Counted from the first letter of the stretch, positions 7,075-20,655 are shown. The stretch is DNA of 64,000 nt from Nitrospirae bacterium MYbin3 (GCA_002753335.1 PEAD01000008.1:1-64000), one strand, 5' to 3'. Numbers and translations are program-made. The notes: generated from the letters alone by a model not told the origin.

Positions 7075-7484
7075 AAGCAAAAGCGATTCTTGACACATCA
7101 TTTCTTGTTGAGCATTTCAGAAAGGAAAATGTACAAGGCTTATTTTTACAGCTAAACCAATACTATCATATAACCTTCAGCAGTGTGGTCTTGATGGAGT
7201 TGCTTTCTGGCGCGTATGACAGAAAAGAGCGCAGGCTTCTTGAACAAATCAAAAGGAACTTCAGTGTCGTGACCCCGACCGAAAAACACTGGTGGTCGAC
7301 AGGAGAGACCCTGATGAAATTACGCGCATTAAAAAAAATAGACCCTGCAAGGATGAAAGGCCTTCTTGCGGATGTTCTTATAGCTGTTTCGGCAAGGGAC
7401 ATAGGAGCAGCATTGATAACAAAAAATGCGAAAGACTTTCAACTGATCAAGGAAGTGCTGGATTTTAAGCTGATTGCAGTTTAA
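7071..7484 (+). CDS. vapC: VapC-type PIN-domain toxin
   Basis: ILDTS, VLMEL, LADVLIA, LITKNAKDF acidic PIN catalytic residues. Confidence 0.9.
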   Translation: MKAKAILDTSFLVEHFRKENVQGLFLQLNQYYHITFSSVVLMELLSGAYDRKERRLLEQIKRNFSVVTPTEKHWWSTGETLMKLRALKKIDPARMKGLLADVLIAVSARDIGAALITKNAKDFQLIKEVLDFKLIAV

Positions 7485-8448
7485 CCCCTCTGAACGCCTC
7501 TTCCGCTTCAGCGTAAAGCTCATCAACGCAATCCATGTACCTCGGAGAAAAATGCAGTATTTTTAAGGCCCCAACTTTGGCCTTTCTCGCGATCTCACCC
7601 GCAAGCGCGGCGGTTAGATGATGGCGCTCCTCGGCCAGCTCAAGGTCTTTATTCATAAAATAGGCCTCGCAAAACAGAATGTCCGAACCGCGAACAAACT
7701 CGACCGCTTTTTCGATATTGCTTGACAGCGGGGCTGTATCCATAAGATATGAAATTTTTTGCCCCCTTGTTATATCCGCAAACTCTTTAAGCTCGGCAGC
7801 ACGAAATTCTTTTTCATCAACTTTAATAGAGCAGCTTTCATCCCCGCTTCTTATCGCCTTCTTTAGGTCAGAAAGCCACGGGCCAACAGAAAAGTCGCGC
7901 TCCTCAAGAAGCGCCTTGTTAATGTTTATATGAAACTCCTCTTCGATGGAATAAGCGATAACAGGAATGCTGTGGGACAGCCGCAGCGCTTTAACCTTAA
8001 ACAACGGCTCTTCCACTATTATGCCGCTAAAATCGGTAGCGGGATTTTCTACAGCCTTAAATCTATTTGAAGCATAAAAGCTTGAATGTCGGACAACCTT
8101 TTCACCTATGCCGAACACCTCGACTTTAAGCGGATATTTTGCTATAAGGTTCCATGTATATCCTCTCAGCTTCCCTTCAACACATTCGATTATGTCCTCC
8201 GGTCCGAATATTCGCAGCGGCTCCTCTCTTCTCAAAAGATTCCTGAACAGCTCGTCAATTCCGATAAAATGATCCATATGCGCATGAGTTACGAACACAT
8301 CACTTATCCTCATCATGCTTGCCGCAGACAACCGGCAAAGCGCACCCGCATCAAACAACAGATTCCGGCCCTCTCGGAGAAGTCTGACTAACAGGCACGG
8401 GTCTTCGAAAGGTTCATTTACTATTGAAGCGTGAAAAGTTGGTTTCAT
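7465..8448 (-). CDS. Metallo-beta-lactamase fold ribonuclease Z-like protein
   Basis: LLFDAG, THAHMDH, DT, HHLT, HFSPRY motifs; likely start MKPTF at 8448. Confidence 0.85.
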   Translation of the reverse strand: MKPTFHASIVNEPFEDPCLLVRLLREGRNLLFDAGALCRLSAASMMRISDVFVTHAHMDHFIGIDELFRNLLRREEPLRIFGPEDIIECVEGKLRGYTWNLIAKYPLKVEVFGIGEKVVRHSSFYASNRFKAVENPATDFSGIIVEEPLFKVKALRLSHSIPVIAYSIEEEFHININKALLEERDFSVGPWLSDLKKAIRSGDESCSIKVDEKEFRAAELKEFADITRGQKISYLMDTAPLSSNIEKAVEFVRGSDILFCEAYFMNKDLELAEERHHLTAALAGEIARKAKVGALKILHFSPRYMDCVDELYAEAEEAFRGVKLQSA

Positions 8449-8547
8449 AGTGATATAATTATAACCGAAGCGACAATGACCATACATACAAGTCACGCCA
8501 CGGCTTACCTAAAATAAAATGACAACGATACGTTTTAAGGAGGATAC

Positions 8548-9546
8548 ATGCCTGAATTAAGAAAAGACCCTATATCCGGCAGATGGGTGATCATATCTGT
8601 CGAAAGGGGAAAGAGACCGTCAGACTTCACTTCACCTTCGCAGAAAAGAAAGGCGGGCGGATTCTGTCCGTTCTGTCCGGGCAACGAGAATACGACCACT
8701 TCAGAAATCATTGTTTTCAGACCTGCAAGCACCGCGCCGAACTCTCCCGGCTGGTCCTTGAGAGTTGTGCCCAACAAATTTCCTGCGCTCCAGATACATG
8801 GCGACCTTAACAAAACAGGGGAAGGAGTATTCGACAAGATGAGCGGCATAGGCGCCCACGAAGTTATAATCGAAACCTCCGACCACCTTCTGTCACTCGC
8901 CACAATTCCGCTGCGTGCCGTTGAAGATGTTCTATGGGCTTACTATTTCAGGCTGAACGATCTTAAAAAAGATTTACGACTCAAATACGCCCTCATTTTC
9001 AAAAATGAGGGTGAGATAGCGGGCGCCTCACTGGAACATACACATTCACAGCTTATCGCCCTTCCCATCGTGCCAAAGACGGTAAGAGAAGAGATGGAGT
9101 CGTCAAAAAAATATTATGACAGCAAAGAGCGCTGCATATTCTGCGACATCATAAATCAGGAAATAGAGGCGGACAAAAGAGTGATCTACGAAAATGACAA
9201 ATACGTAGCGCTTTCGCCCTTTGCGCCGAGAGACCCTTTTGAAACATGGATAATGCCTAAAAAGCATGAGTCGGCCTTTATGCCTGCGGACAAAAGTTTT
9301 GCGAGCCTTGCAGAGATACTGCAAAGAACGCTCAAGCAGCTCGATAAAGTTCTCGATTCTCCGCCGTACAATTTCATACTGCACACTTCTCCTTTTAAAG
9401 AGGAGCAGAACGACTATTACCACTGGCACATAGAAATCATGCCGCGCCTTTTAAAGAGGGCCGGATTTGAATGGGGCTCCGGTTTTTACATAAATCCAAC
9501 GCCTCCGGAAGAGGCCACAAAGTTTATGAGAGACGCCAAGATATAA
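8548..9546 (+). CDS. galT: Galactose-1-phosphate uridylyltransferase family (HIT superfamily)
   Basis: ELRKDP, CPFCPGNE, NKFPAL, GASLEHTHSQ, HWHIEI, AGFEWGSG. Confidence 0.92.
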   Translation: MPELRKDPISGRWVIISVERGKRPSDFTSPSQKRKAGGFCPFCPGNENTTTSEIIVFRPASTAPNSPGWSLRVVPNKFPALQIHGDLNKTGEGVFDKMSGIGAHEVIIETSDHLLSLATIPLRAVEDVLWAYYFRLNDLKKDLRLKYALIFKNEGEIAGASLEHTHSQLIALPIVPKTVREEMESSKKYYDSKERCIFCDIINQEIEADKRVIYENDKYVALSPFAPRDPFETWIMPKKHESAFMPADKSFASLAEILQRTLKQLDKVLDSPPYNFILHTSPFKEEQNDYYHWHIEIMPRLLKRAGFEWGSGFYINPTPPEEATKFMRDAKI

Positions 9547-9553
9547 AGACTTT

Positions 9554-12274
9554 ATGGACGAAAACACAAATTCACTAGCGTTCGGGCAGCCCCATCCTGA
9601 TGGGGTCTTTTTGAACGACGACAGCAATATTCTTAATACGCTGAGAGACGCGGTTGAAAAGAATGCGGAGCTGTACAAAAAAACAACCGAACACCTTAAC
9701 AGAATTACGGTTATATACGAGCTTACAAAAGCCATAATCTCGCTTAACAATTTTGATGAACTGCTGAAAAAAATAACCGAAGAAGTTGCAAAGCTCTTCA
9801 ATGCCTCCGGTTCTATGATCCGCTTTATGGAAGATGACAGCCTGAAGATTAAGGCCTCTTACGGTGTTCCTCCCGAACTGATAGATGCGATATCTGTGGG
9901 ACTAGGCGAAGGCTTGGCCGGGACCTCCGCAAAAGAAGGGCGCACTATTTTAGTAAAATCTGCAGAAGAGTTCGGCCCGATAACGCCGGTCATAAACATC
10001 CGGACCGCAGTAAGCATTCCTCTGAAGATAGGCAATGAGGTTATAGGCACCTTCGGGATATTCGACAAAAAAAATCCGGATGGAAGCGATGCGTCCTTTA
10101 CAGAAGAAGATGTCACGATGCTTGAAGGCTTCGCGACCATAGCCGCCATAGTAATAGAAAAATCGATCATATATGAAAATGCATTAAGACAGGAGCGAGA
10201 GGCAAACGAGGCAAGAAAGCAGGTTGAAGAACTCAAGGACTATCTGCAAGGTTTGATCGAAAACTCGGCCGATGCGATAGTAACTTCGGACTTGAACGGT
10301 ATAGTAAAGTCATGGAACCTTGGCGCCGAAAAGATTTACGGTTTTACGAGAGAGGAGGCCATAGGGAGATTCCTTCCTTACCTGCCCGAATTTCTGGCCG
10401 AAATAGAAAATGATTATACCGGAAAAGTAAGAAGGGGAGAAACCCTTAAAGACATAGAGACTATCAGAAGGACTAAAGACGGAAAGTTGATAGATGTCAA
10501 TTTAACGCTTTCGCCAATAAAAAACATAAGCGGCGATGTAATTGCAATAAGCGGCATCGCCAGAGACATAACAGAAAAAAAGAGGGTTGAGAAAGACCTG
10601 CTTAGGAGAAACTCCGAACTTGCGCGCCTGCTTTTCATAAGCTCTGCAATGCGAGGCACCCTTGACCTGGACAGACTACTGCGAATGGTTCTTACCTCGG
10701 TGACAATGGGGGACGGCCTCGGCTTTAACCGGGCGATGCTGTTTCTGCTGGATGAAGAAAAAAACAGCCTGAAGGGCGCTATGGGGGTCGGACCTGCAAG
10801 CCATGAAGAGGCTTGGGAGATTTGGTCCCGTCTCTCGACAGAACAGAAAGACCTAAACTCCATAATGGAAGAGATAGAGAAAGGCCCCTTAAAAAAAGAC
10901 TCGTTCATGGACAGGCTTTGCAGCAGTGTTGTAGTGCCCCTCGAAGAGTTGACAATTCTTACCCTCGCAGTAAAAGAGAGGCGGTCTTTTAATGTAACCG
11001 ACATTCATTCCGAATCTCTTTCTGACCCTATTCTGATACAGCAGCTTGGCACATCGGCCTATGCTGTAGTCCCTCTCGTTTCTCAAGACCGGGTAATTGG
11101 GGCTATATGGGTTGACAACATGTTCTCGCGCAGGCCTATAACCGAACACGACATGGAGATTCTTCAGGGCTTCACGAATCAGATTGCATCAGCTATAGAA
11201 AATGTGCGTTTGTTTGATCAGGTCACACGAGCGGAACAGGAGCTCGAAAATATATTCGAATCCATCTCGGATATGCTGTATGTGGCGGATAAAAATTACA
11301 TCATAAAGAAGATCAACAAGGCGGTAATAAAAACCGTAGGCAAGACGGCTGCCGAAATCCTGGGCAAAAAAAGCTCCGACATATTCGGTGATATTGCGGC
11401 CGAGTGGGAAGCTTGCCCAATGCCTGCCGGAGGCTCCCAGCACGATGCCTTTGTTCGAGAGCTTGAAGATTTGAACCTTGGAGGCACCTATCTTGTTTCA
11501 TGTTCACCGATTATTAATGTAAGCGGAGATGTTATAGGCACGGTGCATCTTTTGCGGGACATAACCGAACTAAAAAAACTGCGCGAGCGTGTGACGTTCA
11601 CCGAAAGAATGGCTGCGCTCGGAGAGATGGCCGCAAAGGTGGCGCATGAAATACGCAACCCATTGCTCTCTATCGGCGGTTTTGCGAGACGGCTCGAGAA
11701 GCAGGTTGACTCGGGCGTTAAGGAATACGCAAAAATAATTGTGGACGAGGTGGGTAGGCTCGAAAGCATGCTCAACGATACGCTCAGCTTTGTTAAAGTA
11801 TCACCAATTCATAAACGAGAAGTTGAGCTTGGCGAGTTAATAAACAATATTATCCATCTTCTGGACCCTGCGGTAGTTTACAGAGGCAATATTTTAAGAA
11901 CAGAATACGACCAGCCTATTACCGCAAAAGTGGATCCCGACAGGCTAAAAGAAGCTGTCATAAATGTTGTAACCAACGCAAACCAGTCCACGGATATGGG
12001 TACCATTACAATACGCGCCTATAAAGCTCAGTCTGATGAAAACACCGATCACAATAATTATGCTGTGCTTGAAATAGAGGACGACGGGCCGGGCATCAAA
12101 GATGAAGACATAAAGCGAATTTTCAATCCTTTTTTTACAACAAGGTCAACAGGAACAGGCCTAGGCCTTTCTATAACAAAAAGGATAATCGAAGATCACG
12201 GAGGCAGAATAGAGGTTAAAAGCGCAGTGGGCAAAGGAACCAGGTTTAATTTCTATCTGCCGATGGATGAATAA
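9554..12274 (+). CDS. Cytoplasmic sensor histidine kinase (GAF-PAS-GAF-PAS-HisKA-HATPase)
   Basis: AHEIRNPL H-box, N-box, DDGPGI, FNPFFTT, GTGLGL; PAS and GAF segments; no transmembrane helix. Confidence 0.93.
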   Translation: MDENTNSLAFGQPHPDGVFLNDDSNILNTLRDAVEKNAELYKKTTEHLNRITVIYELTKAIISLNNFDELLKKITEEVAKLFNASGSMIRFMEDDSLKIKASYGVPPELIDAISVGLGEGLAGTSAKEGRTILVKSAEEFGPITPVINIRTAVSIPLKIGNEVIGTFGIFDKKNPDGSDASFTEEDVTMLEGFATIAAIVIEKSIIYENALRQEREANEARKQVEELKDYLQGLIENSADAIVTSDLNGIVKSWNLGAEKIYGFTREEAIGRFLPYLPEFLAEIENDYTGKVRRGETLKDIETIRRTKDGKLIDVNLTLSPIKNISGDVIAISGIARDITEKKRVEKDLLRRNSELARLLFISSAMRGTLDLDRLLRMVLTSVTMGDGLGFNRAMLFLLDEEKNSLKGAMGVGPASHEEAWEIWSRLSTEQKDLNSIMEEIEKGPLKKDSFMDRLCSSVVVPLEELTILTLAVKERRSFNVTDIHSESLSDPILIQQLGTSAYAVVPLVSQDRVIGAIWVDNMFSRRPITEHDMEILQGFTNQIASAIENVRLFDQVTRAEQELENIFESISDMLYVADKNYIIKKINKAVIKTVGKTAAEILGKKSSDIFGDIAAEWEACPMPAGGSQHDAFVRELEDLNLGGTYLVSCSPIINVSGDVIGTVHLLRDITELKKLRERVTFTERMAALGEMAAKVAHEIRNPLLSIGGFARRLEKQVDSGVKEYAKIIVDEVGRLESMLNDTLSFVKVSPIHKREVELGELINNIIHLLDPAVVYRGNILRTEYDQPITAKVDPDRLKEAVINVVTNANQSTDMGTITIRAYKAQSDENTDHNNYAVLEIEDDGPGIKDEDIKRIFNPFFTTRSTGTGLGLSITKRIIEDHGGRIEVKSAVGKGTRFNFYLPMDE

Positions 12275-12310
12275 GAATAAAGATGATAAAATAGTCTTAG
12301 GAGGAGAGAT

Positions 12311-12661
12311 ATGAAAATTCTTGTTGTGGACGACGAAAAAAACATTCTTAAGCTGTATCAGGCAGAACTCGAAGATGAGGGCTACACCGTTTTTACCGCA
12401 AACTCGGGCAAAGAGGCTCTCGAGGTTTTCGAGAAGGAGAAGCCTGATCTGATTACACTCGACATTCTGATGCCTGATATAGACGGCATTCAGGTGCTCA
12501 GACAGATTAAAGAAAAGAACCCGCAGATTCCGGTAATAATGCTGACCGCATATGATTACAGGGACGATTTTTCGGTCTGGGTGTCTGACGGATATGTGGT
12601 CAAATCCTCTGATCTGACAAACCTCAAAGCAACGATCAAACAGATAATTGACAAGAAATGA
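12311..12661 (+). CDS. Single-domain response regulator (receiver)
   Basis: ILVVDDE, LDILMPDIDG, MLTA, VVK. Confidence 0.95.
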   Translation: MKILVVDDEKNILKLYQAELEDEGYTVFTANSGKEALEVFEKEKPDLITLDILMPDIDGIQVLRQIKEKNPQIPVIMLTAYDYRDDFSVWVSDGYVVKSSDLTNLKATIKQIIDKK

Positions 12662-13895
12662 CCGGCTGCTGACCTTACGTGCAGAAATTCCTGCATACGG
12701 CGGGCTTGCGCTCGCCCGGCTCGAAGGCAAAGTTGTTTTTATCAAAGGAGCCATACCTGGAGAACTTGTAACCGCAGTTATAGAAAAAGAAGCAAAAGAT
12801 TTTTCTTACGCTGCCGCCGTAGACATACTGGAACCCTCGCCCTTTCGCACAAAACCCCGCTGCAGATTCTTCGGCAGATGCGGTGGCTGTCAGCTTCAGT
12901 TCATAACTCACGAATCTCAGGTGAATATGAAAAGTGAAATTCTGAGGGACAATCTCAAGAGAATAGGCAAAATTGAACAGCCTATCGCAGACTCTATAAT
13001 ATCCCAAAACCCTTGGAACTACAGGCTCCGGGGCCAGTTCAAGGTCCACAATCAAACCGCCGGGTTTTACATGGAAAAGACAAGAACAGTCATAGATATC
13101 GACGAATGTCCGCTTATGTCAGAAGAGGTCAACAAACTTTTTGCGAACACAAAAAAAATGCTGCACGAGCTGGGATTGGAAGAAATCCATATATCGTCAG
13201 GCGATACCTCGACGGTTTTGCTTAAACCCTCCGAAGGTTCAATGTCCGGTGCAGATGACCGGATAGCAGATAAACTTCTTCAATGCGGATTTAAAGGGGT
13301 GGTCATACAAAAAGGAAAAAACTCCTTCAAGTCTTGGGGGCAGGCTTATACAATTTTGGAGCTTGCGGGGATTAAATATACGGTATCGCCCTTAAGTTTT
13401 TTTCAGGCAAACTGGCCGGTCAATCTAAATGTATTAAAAGAAATGATCAACCTGCTGTCTCCGCTTAGGGACAAGCATATTATCGATCTGTATTCCGGGG
13501 CCGGGAATTTCACACTGCCTCTAGCGCAGCATGCGGCTGAAGTTATTGCTGTCGAAGAAAATCCGCATGCGGTAAAAGATGGAATAAGAAACCTCGAAAT
13601 AAACAACATTCAAAACTGCAGATTCATAAAGTCCACGGCCGAGGAATACAATAAACTTAAAGGCTGCGACACACTGATTCTCGACCCGCCCCGGCCGGGG
13701 CTGACAGACCGAGTTTGCAGAAATATTATTTCATCAAAACCGGAACAGCTGATTTATGTTTCATGCAATCCTGCGACATTTGCGCGCGATCTCAAAAAAC
13801 TGTGCAAGGAATATGAGCTGAGTACTGTTAAGATGATCGATTTTTTTCCACAGACGTATCACATAGAATCGATTGCGGTTTTGAACCTCAGATGA
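12648..13895 (+). CDS. rlmD: 23S rRNA (uracil-C5)-methyltransferase, RlmD/TrmA family
   Basis: TRAM domain, CRFFGRCGGCQ Fe-S motif, SFFQAN, DLYSGAG, DPPRPG, YVSCNP, DFFPQTYHIE. Confidence 0.88.
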   Translation: MTRNDRLLTLRAEIPAYGGLALARLEGKVVFIKGAIPGELVTAVIEKEAKDFSYAAAVDILEPSPFRTKPRCRFFGRCGGCQLQFITHESQVNMKSEILRDNLKRIGKIEQPIADSIISQNPWNYRLRGQFKVHNQTAGFYMEKTRTVIDIDECPLMSEEVNKLFANTKKMLHELGLEEIHISSGDTSTVLLKPSEGSMSGADDRIADKLLQCGFKGVVIQKGKNSFKSWGQAYTILELAGIKYTVSPLSFFQANWPVNLNVLKEMINLLSPLRDKHIIDLYSGAGNFTLPLAQHAAEVIAVEENPHAVKDGIRNLEINNIQNCRFIKSTAEEYNKLKGCDTLILDPPRPGLTDRVCRNIISSKPEQLIYVSCNPATFARDLKKLCKEYELSTVKMIDFFPQTYHIESIAVLNLR

Positions 13896-14836
13896 AAAAA
13901 GCTATCATACTGCTCGGCCCCACAGGAGTCGGAAAGACCGGTGCTTCGCTTCTCCTTGCAGATCATCTATCCACAGAAATCATAAGCTCCGATTCGATGC
14001 AGGTCTATCGGCATATGGACATCGGCACCGCAAAACCTTCCAAAGACGAGCAGAAAAAAGTCACCCATCACATGATAGACATTGTGGAGCCATGGGAGCC
14101 TTTCAGCACAGGCGACTATATTTCAAGGGCCTTGCCTGTATTCGAAAATATTTTTTCTACCAGAAAAATCCCCTTGGTTACCGGTGGAACCGGATTGTAC
14201 ATAAAGGCTATGACACGCGGTATTTTTGAAGGACCTTCGGCAGACAAAAATCTGCGAAACGAACTTGCAGAAAACGAGGCACAAGAACCGCGCAGTCTTT
14301 ATGCGATGCTGAAAAAACTTGATGCGGCGGCAGCAGAAAAAATAATGCCTCAGGATATTCGCAGAACCATACGGGCCCTCGAAGTCTGCATAAAGAGCGG
14401 AACAGCCATCTCCGACTTTCAGGCAAAACTCACAAAACCTTTTCCATACGATTTTTTAAAAATAGGGCTCATCAGAGAACGCAGCGAGCTTTACCGCTTA
14501 ATAGATGAAAGAGTTGATGCCATGCTTGCTTCAGGCCTTGTTGATGAAGCTTCTGCGGTGATTGACATGGTAGAAAAAAACAATGAAACTCCTGCCGAAT
14601 GTCCTGCCATGCAGGCCATAGGCTACAAAGAACTTGCGTTATACCTGAAAAAAGCGGAATCTTTAGATGATGCTGTTTCTCTGATTAAAAAACGCTCCCG
14701 CAACTATGCCAAGAGACAGCTTACATGGTTCAGAAAAGAGGAAGGCATAAAATGGGTTGATGTGACCGGTTTGTTTGATGCAAAAGAAATATTTTTTAAA
14801 GTTACGAATAGTGTCAATCTTTCAAGCTTAGACTAA
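13892..14836 (+). CDS. miaA: tRNA dimethylallyltransferase
   Basis: GPTGVGKT, DSMQVYRHMDIGTAKP, GGTGLY, AIGYKE, YAKRQLTWF. Confidence 0.97.
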   Translation: MKKAIILLGPTGVGKTGASLLLADHLSTEIISSDSMQVYRHMDIGTAKPSKDEQKKVTHHMIDIVEPWEPFSTGDYISRALPVFENIFSTRKIPLVTGGTGLYIKAMTRGIFEGPSADKNLRNELAENEAQEPRSLYAMLKKLDAAAAEKIMPQDIRRTIRALEVCIKSGTAISDFQAKLTKPFPYDFLKIGLIRERSELYRLIDERVDAMLASGLVDEASAVIDMVEKNNETPAECPAMQAIGYKELALYLKKAESLDDAVSLIKKRSRNYAKRQLTWFRKEEGIKWVDVTGLFDAKEIFFKVTNSVNLSSLD

Positions 14837-16732
14837 AAAGCTTTTTGCGGCTTTATAAATACCTTCCTCATCAAGACCGTATTTTTTCCTGAGTATCTTC
14901 TGTGCGCCGTGCTCAACAAATTCGTCCGGAATTCCCAAAAGTTTTACTTTGACATCCGAAAATCCTGATGCATTCAGATATTCAAGAACAGCAGAACCAA
15001 AGCCTCCGGCTATAATATTTTCTTCAACCGTAATAATCTTTTTAAACTTTAAGGCCAAACTCGAAAGCATATTTTTGTCGATAGGCTTCACAAAACGGGC
15101 ATTAACAACACACGCGCTTATATCGTCATTTTTCAGCAATGCGGCAGCGCCGAGCGCGGTCTTTACCGTGTTGCCTATAGCAATTATCGCGATATCGCTT
15201 CCTTCAGATAAAATCTCTGCCCTGCCCTGCTCTATCGATGTCAACGGATTCCCGGTTATTGAGCTTTTACCGCGGGGATAGCGAATAGCGCAAGGCGCAT
15301 TAAGAGCAACCGCAAATTCAAGCATAGCTCTGAATTCATCACCGTCTTTAGGCGACATAAAGGTTAGATTTGGTATATGTCTGAGATACGAAAGGTCAAA
15401 CAGTCCTTGATGCGTTGGCCCGTCCTCGCCCACTATGCCCCCCCTGTCTATAGCAAAAACAACAGGCAGGTTTTGCAGGCATACATCATGGATTATCTCG
15501 TCATAGGAGCGCTGAAGGAAGGTGGAATATATCGCGATAACAGGCCGCAATCCCTGTGCTGCGAGTCCTGCGGCAAAAGTTACAGCATGTGGTTCAGCAA
15601 TGCCCACATCGTAAAATCTGTCAGGGAATTTATCCGCAAAAACATTAAGACCCGTGCCTTCTTTCATCGCAGCGGTTATCGCCACTATGCGGCTGTCTGA
15701 GTCTGCAAGTTCGGTTAAGGCATTGCCGAAGATCTCGCTGTACGTAATAGAAGGACATTCCTCGGATACTTTAGAGCCGTTCGGCTGAAGGCCAAGCCCT
15801 GTATCAAACGGGCCTGTGCCGTGATATATGCAGGGGTCCTCTTCAGAGAATTTATAGCCCTTGCCTTTCTTTGTGACCACATGTATAAGAACAGGGCCTG
15901 TTACGTCGAGAATATTTTGGAGCGTCTCTACCAGCAGCGGTATGTCATGGCCGTCTATCGGCCCCAAATAGTTGAAGCCCAGATCCTCAAAAAGACCGCC
16001 GGGAGTGAAAAACCCTTTCAGGCTTCCTTCGGCCTTTTCTGCGATCTTTGTGACTGTGCCGCCTATCTTTGGAATGCCTTCAAGCAGAGCCTTGGTCTCT
16101 TTTCTGAACCGCTTGAAAAATGTTCCTGTAAGCACTTTGCTAAGATAATTCGACATCGCGCCAACATTAGGTGAAATGGACATTTCATTGTCATTGAGTA
16201 TCACAATGAGATCTTTCTTAAGATGTCCGGCATGGTTTAGCCCTTCAAAGGCAAGTCCTGATGTCAGTGCTCCATCGCCTATAACGGCTACGATTTTCTG
16301 CATCTTAAATTTTGATGTTCCGGAACTCTGAGAACTGATGATATCTCTGCCTGCTGCCAGACCTAACGCTGCCGAGATCGAAGTTGAGCTGTGGCCTGTG
16401 CCAAAGGCATCATGCAGACTCTCGCTCATCTTAGGGAAGCCTGACATGCCGCCGAACTGCCTCAGAGTTTCAAAAGCCTTGAATCTTCCGGTCAAAAGTT
16501 TGTGAGGATATGACTGATGTCCAACATCCCAGATTATCTTGTCTTCTGGAGAATTGAGCACATAATGGAGCGCAATCGTCATCTCAACAACGCCCAAGCT
16601 CGACGCAAGATGTCCGCCATTCAAAGAAACCCTTTCGATAATGAGCACACGCAGCTCTTCGGCCAGATGTGTCAGTTCTTCAAAAGTCAGCTTTTTTAGA
16701 TCCAACGGTGAATTGATTTTTTCGATAATCAT
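14828..16732 (-). CDS. dxs: 1-deoxy-D-xylulose-5-phosphate synthase
   Basis: GGHLASSLG, WDVGHQ, GHSSTSIS, GDGALT, DVGIAE, DGPTHQG; start MIIEK at 16732. Confidence 0.97.
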   Translation of the reverse strand: MIIEKINSPLDLKKLTFEELTHLAEELRVLIIERVSLNGGHLASSLGVVEMTIALHYVLNSPEDKIIWDVGHQSYPHKLLTGRFKAFETLRQFGGMSGFPKMSESLHDAFGTGHSSTSISAALGLAAGRDIISSQSSGTSKFKMQKIVAVIGDGALTSGLAFEGLNHAGHLKKDLIVILNDNEMSISPNVGAMSNYLSKVLTGTFFKRFRKETKALLEGIPKIGGTVTKIAEKAEGSLKGFFTPGGLFEDLGFNYLGPIDGHDIPLLVETLQNILDVTGPVLIHVVTKKGKGYKFSEEDPCIYHGTGPFDTGLGLQPNGSKVSEECPSITYSEIFGNALTELADSDSRIVAITAAMKEGTGLNVFADKFPDRFYDVGIAEPHAVTFAAGLAAQGLRPVIAIYSTFLQRSYDEIIHDVCLQNLPVVFAIDRGGIVGEDGPTHQGLFDLSYLRHIPNLTFMSPKDGDEFRAMLEFAVALNAPCAIRYPRGKSSITGNPLTSIEQGRAEILSEGSDIAIIAIGNTVKTALGAAALLKNDDISACVVNARFVKPIDKNMLSSLALKFKKIITVEENIIAGGFGSAVLEYLNASGFSDVKVKLLGIPDEFVEHGAQKILRKKYGLDEEGIYKAAKSFLV

Positions 16733-16736
16733 AGCG

Positions 16737-17627
16737 TCAGCTTTTCCGGTCGTACAGGTAAAGCGCAACTTGGCGGAGAGGTTCTGCTTTGTCTCCAAAA
16801 TCTGCGAGTGATTCGATCGCGTTGCTTATAAGTTCTTTGGCCTTTTCTTTTGATTTTTCGAGCCCGTATAGTTTGGGATAGGTCATCTTTTTCTTTTTTT
16901 CGTCAGAGCCTTTGGGCTTGCCGATTACTTCGGTTTCGCCTTCCACGTCAAGTATGTCATCAACCACCTGAAAAGCTAGGCCTATATTTGTTCCGTATCT
17001 CGTAAGATAAAGCAGAGCATCATCACTACAGTCTGCAAAGATGCCGCCCATCCTAATAGAAGAGGTAATAAGCGCTGCGGTTTTCCTAGAGTGTATAAAA
17101 GAGAGGGTGTTTTCATCAGGCTCCGAATCTTCGGAAAGCAGATCCTGCGCCTGCCCGCCCACCATGCCGTGAATGCCTGCGCCGTGGGCAATCTCGCGGA
17201 TAGCCCTGACCAGCGCGTGATCACTGATACTGTTTTTGTTGTAGCTCTTGTCCGAAAGCAGGCTGAAGGCCTCGGTAAGCAGTCCATCGCCCGCTAATAT
17301 CGCCATGCCGTCCCCAAAAACCTTGTGGTTAGTAGGTTTGCCGCGCCTGAGATCATCGTTGTCCATCGCAGGCAGATCATCATGAATAAGTGAATATGTA
17401 TGAATAAATTCGATTGCCGAAGCATAAGGAACAATGTCTTCCCCATTCCGGCCGCACGCCTCATAAGCTGCCATGCAGAGCACCGGACGGATTCTTTTGC
17501 CTCCGGCAGAAAGCGAATGGACCATAGAGTCGTTCAGGGTTTTAGGCTTTATAGAATTAGAAAAATAAGCTTCAAGAAAAGAATCAACGAGATTCTTTCT
17601 TTCTTTAAGGTAGGCTTTAATATCCAA
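16737..17627 (-). CDS. ispA: Polyprenyl (farnesyl/geranylgeranyl) diphosphate synthase
   Basis: GGKRIRP, SLIHDDLPAMDNDDLRRGKPT, FQVVDD; TTG start after GGGAG. Confidence 0.95.
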   Translation of the reverse strand: MDIKAYLKERKNLVDSFLEAYFSNSIKPKTLNDSMVHSLSAGGKRIRPVLCMAAYEACGRNGEDIVPYASAIEFIHTYSLIHDDLPAMDNDDLRRGKPTNHKVFGDGMAILAGDGLLTEAFSLLSDKSYNKNSISDHALVRAIREIAHGAGIHGMVGGQAQDLLSEDSEPDENTLSFIHSRKTAALITSSIRMGGIFADCSDDALLYLTRYGTNIGLAFQVVDDILDVEGETEVIGKPKGSDEKKKKMTYPKLYGLEKSKEKAKELISNAIESLADFGDKAEPLRQVALYLYDRKS

Positions 17628-17632
17628 AGCTT

Positions 17633-20655
<3,023 letters not shown>

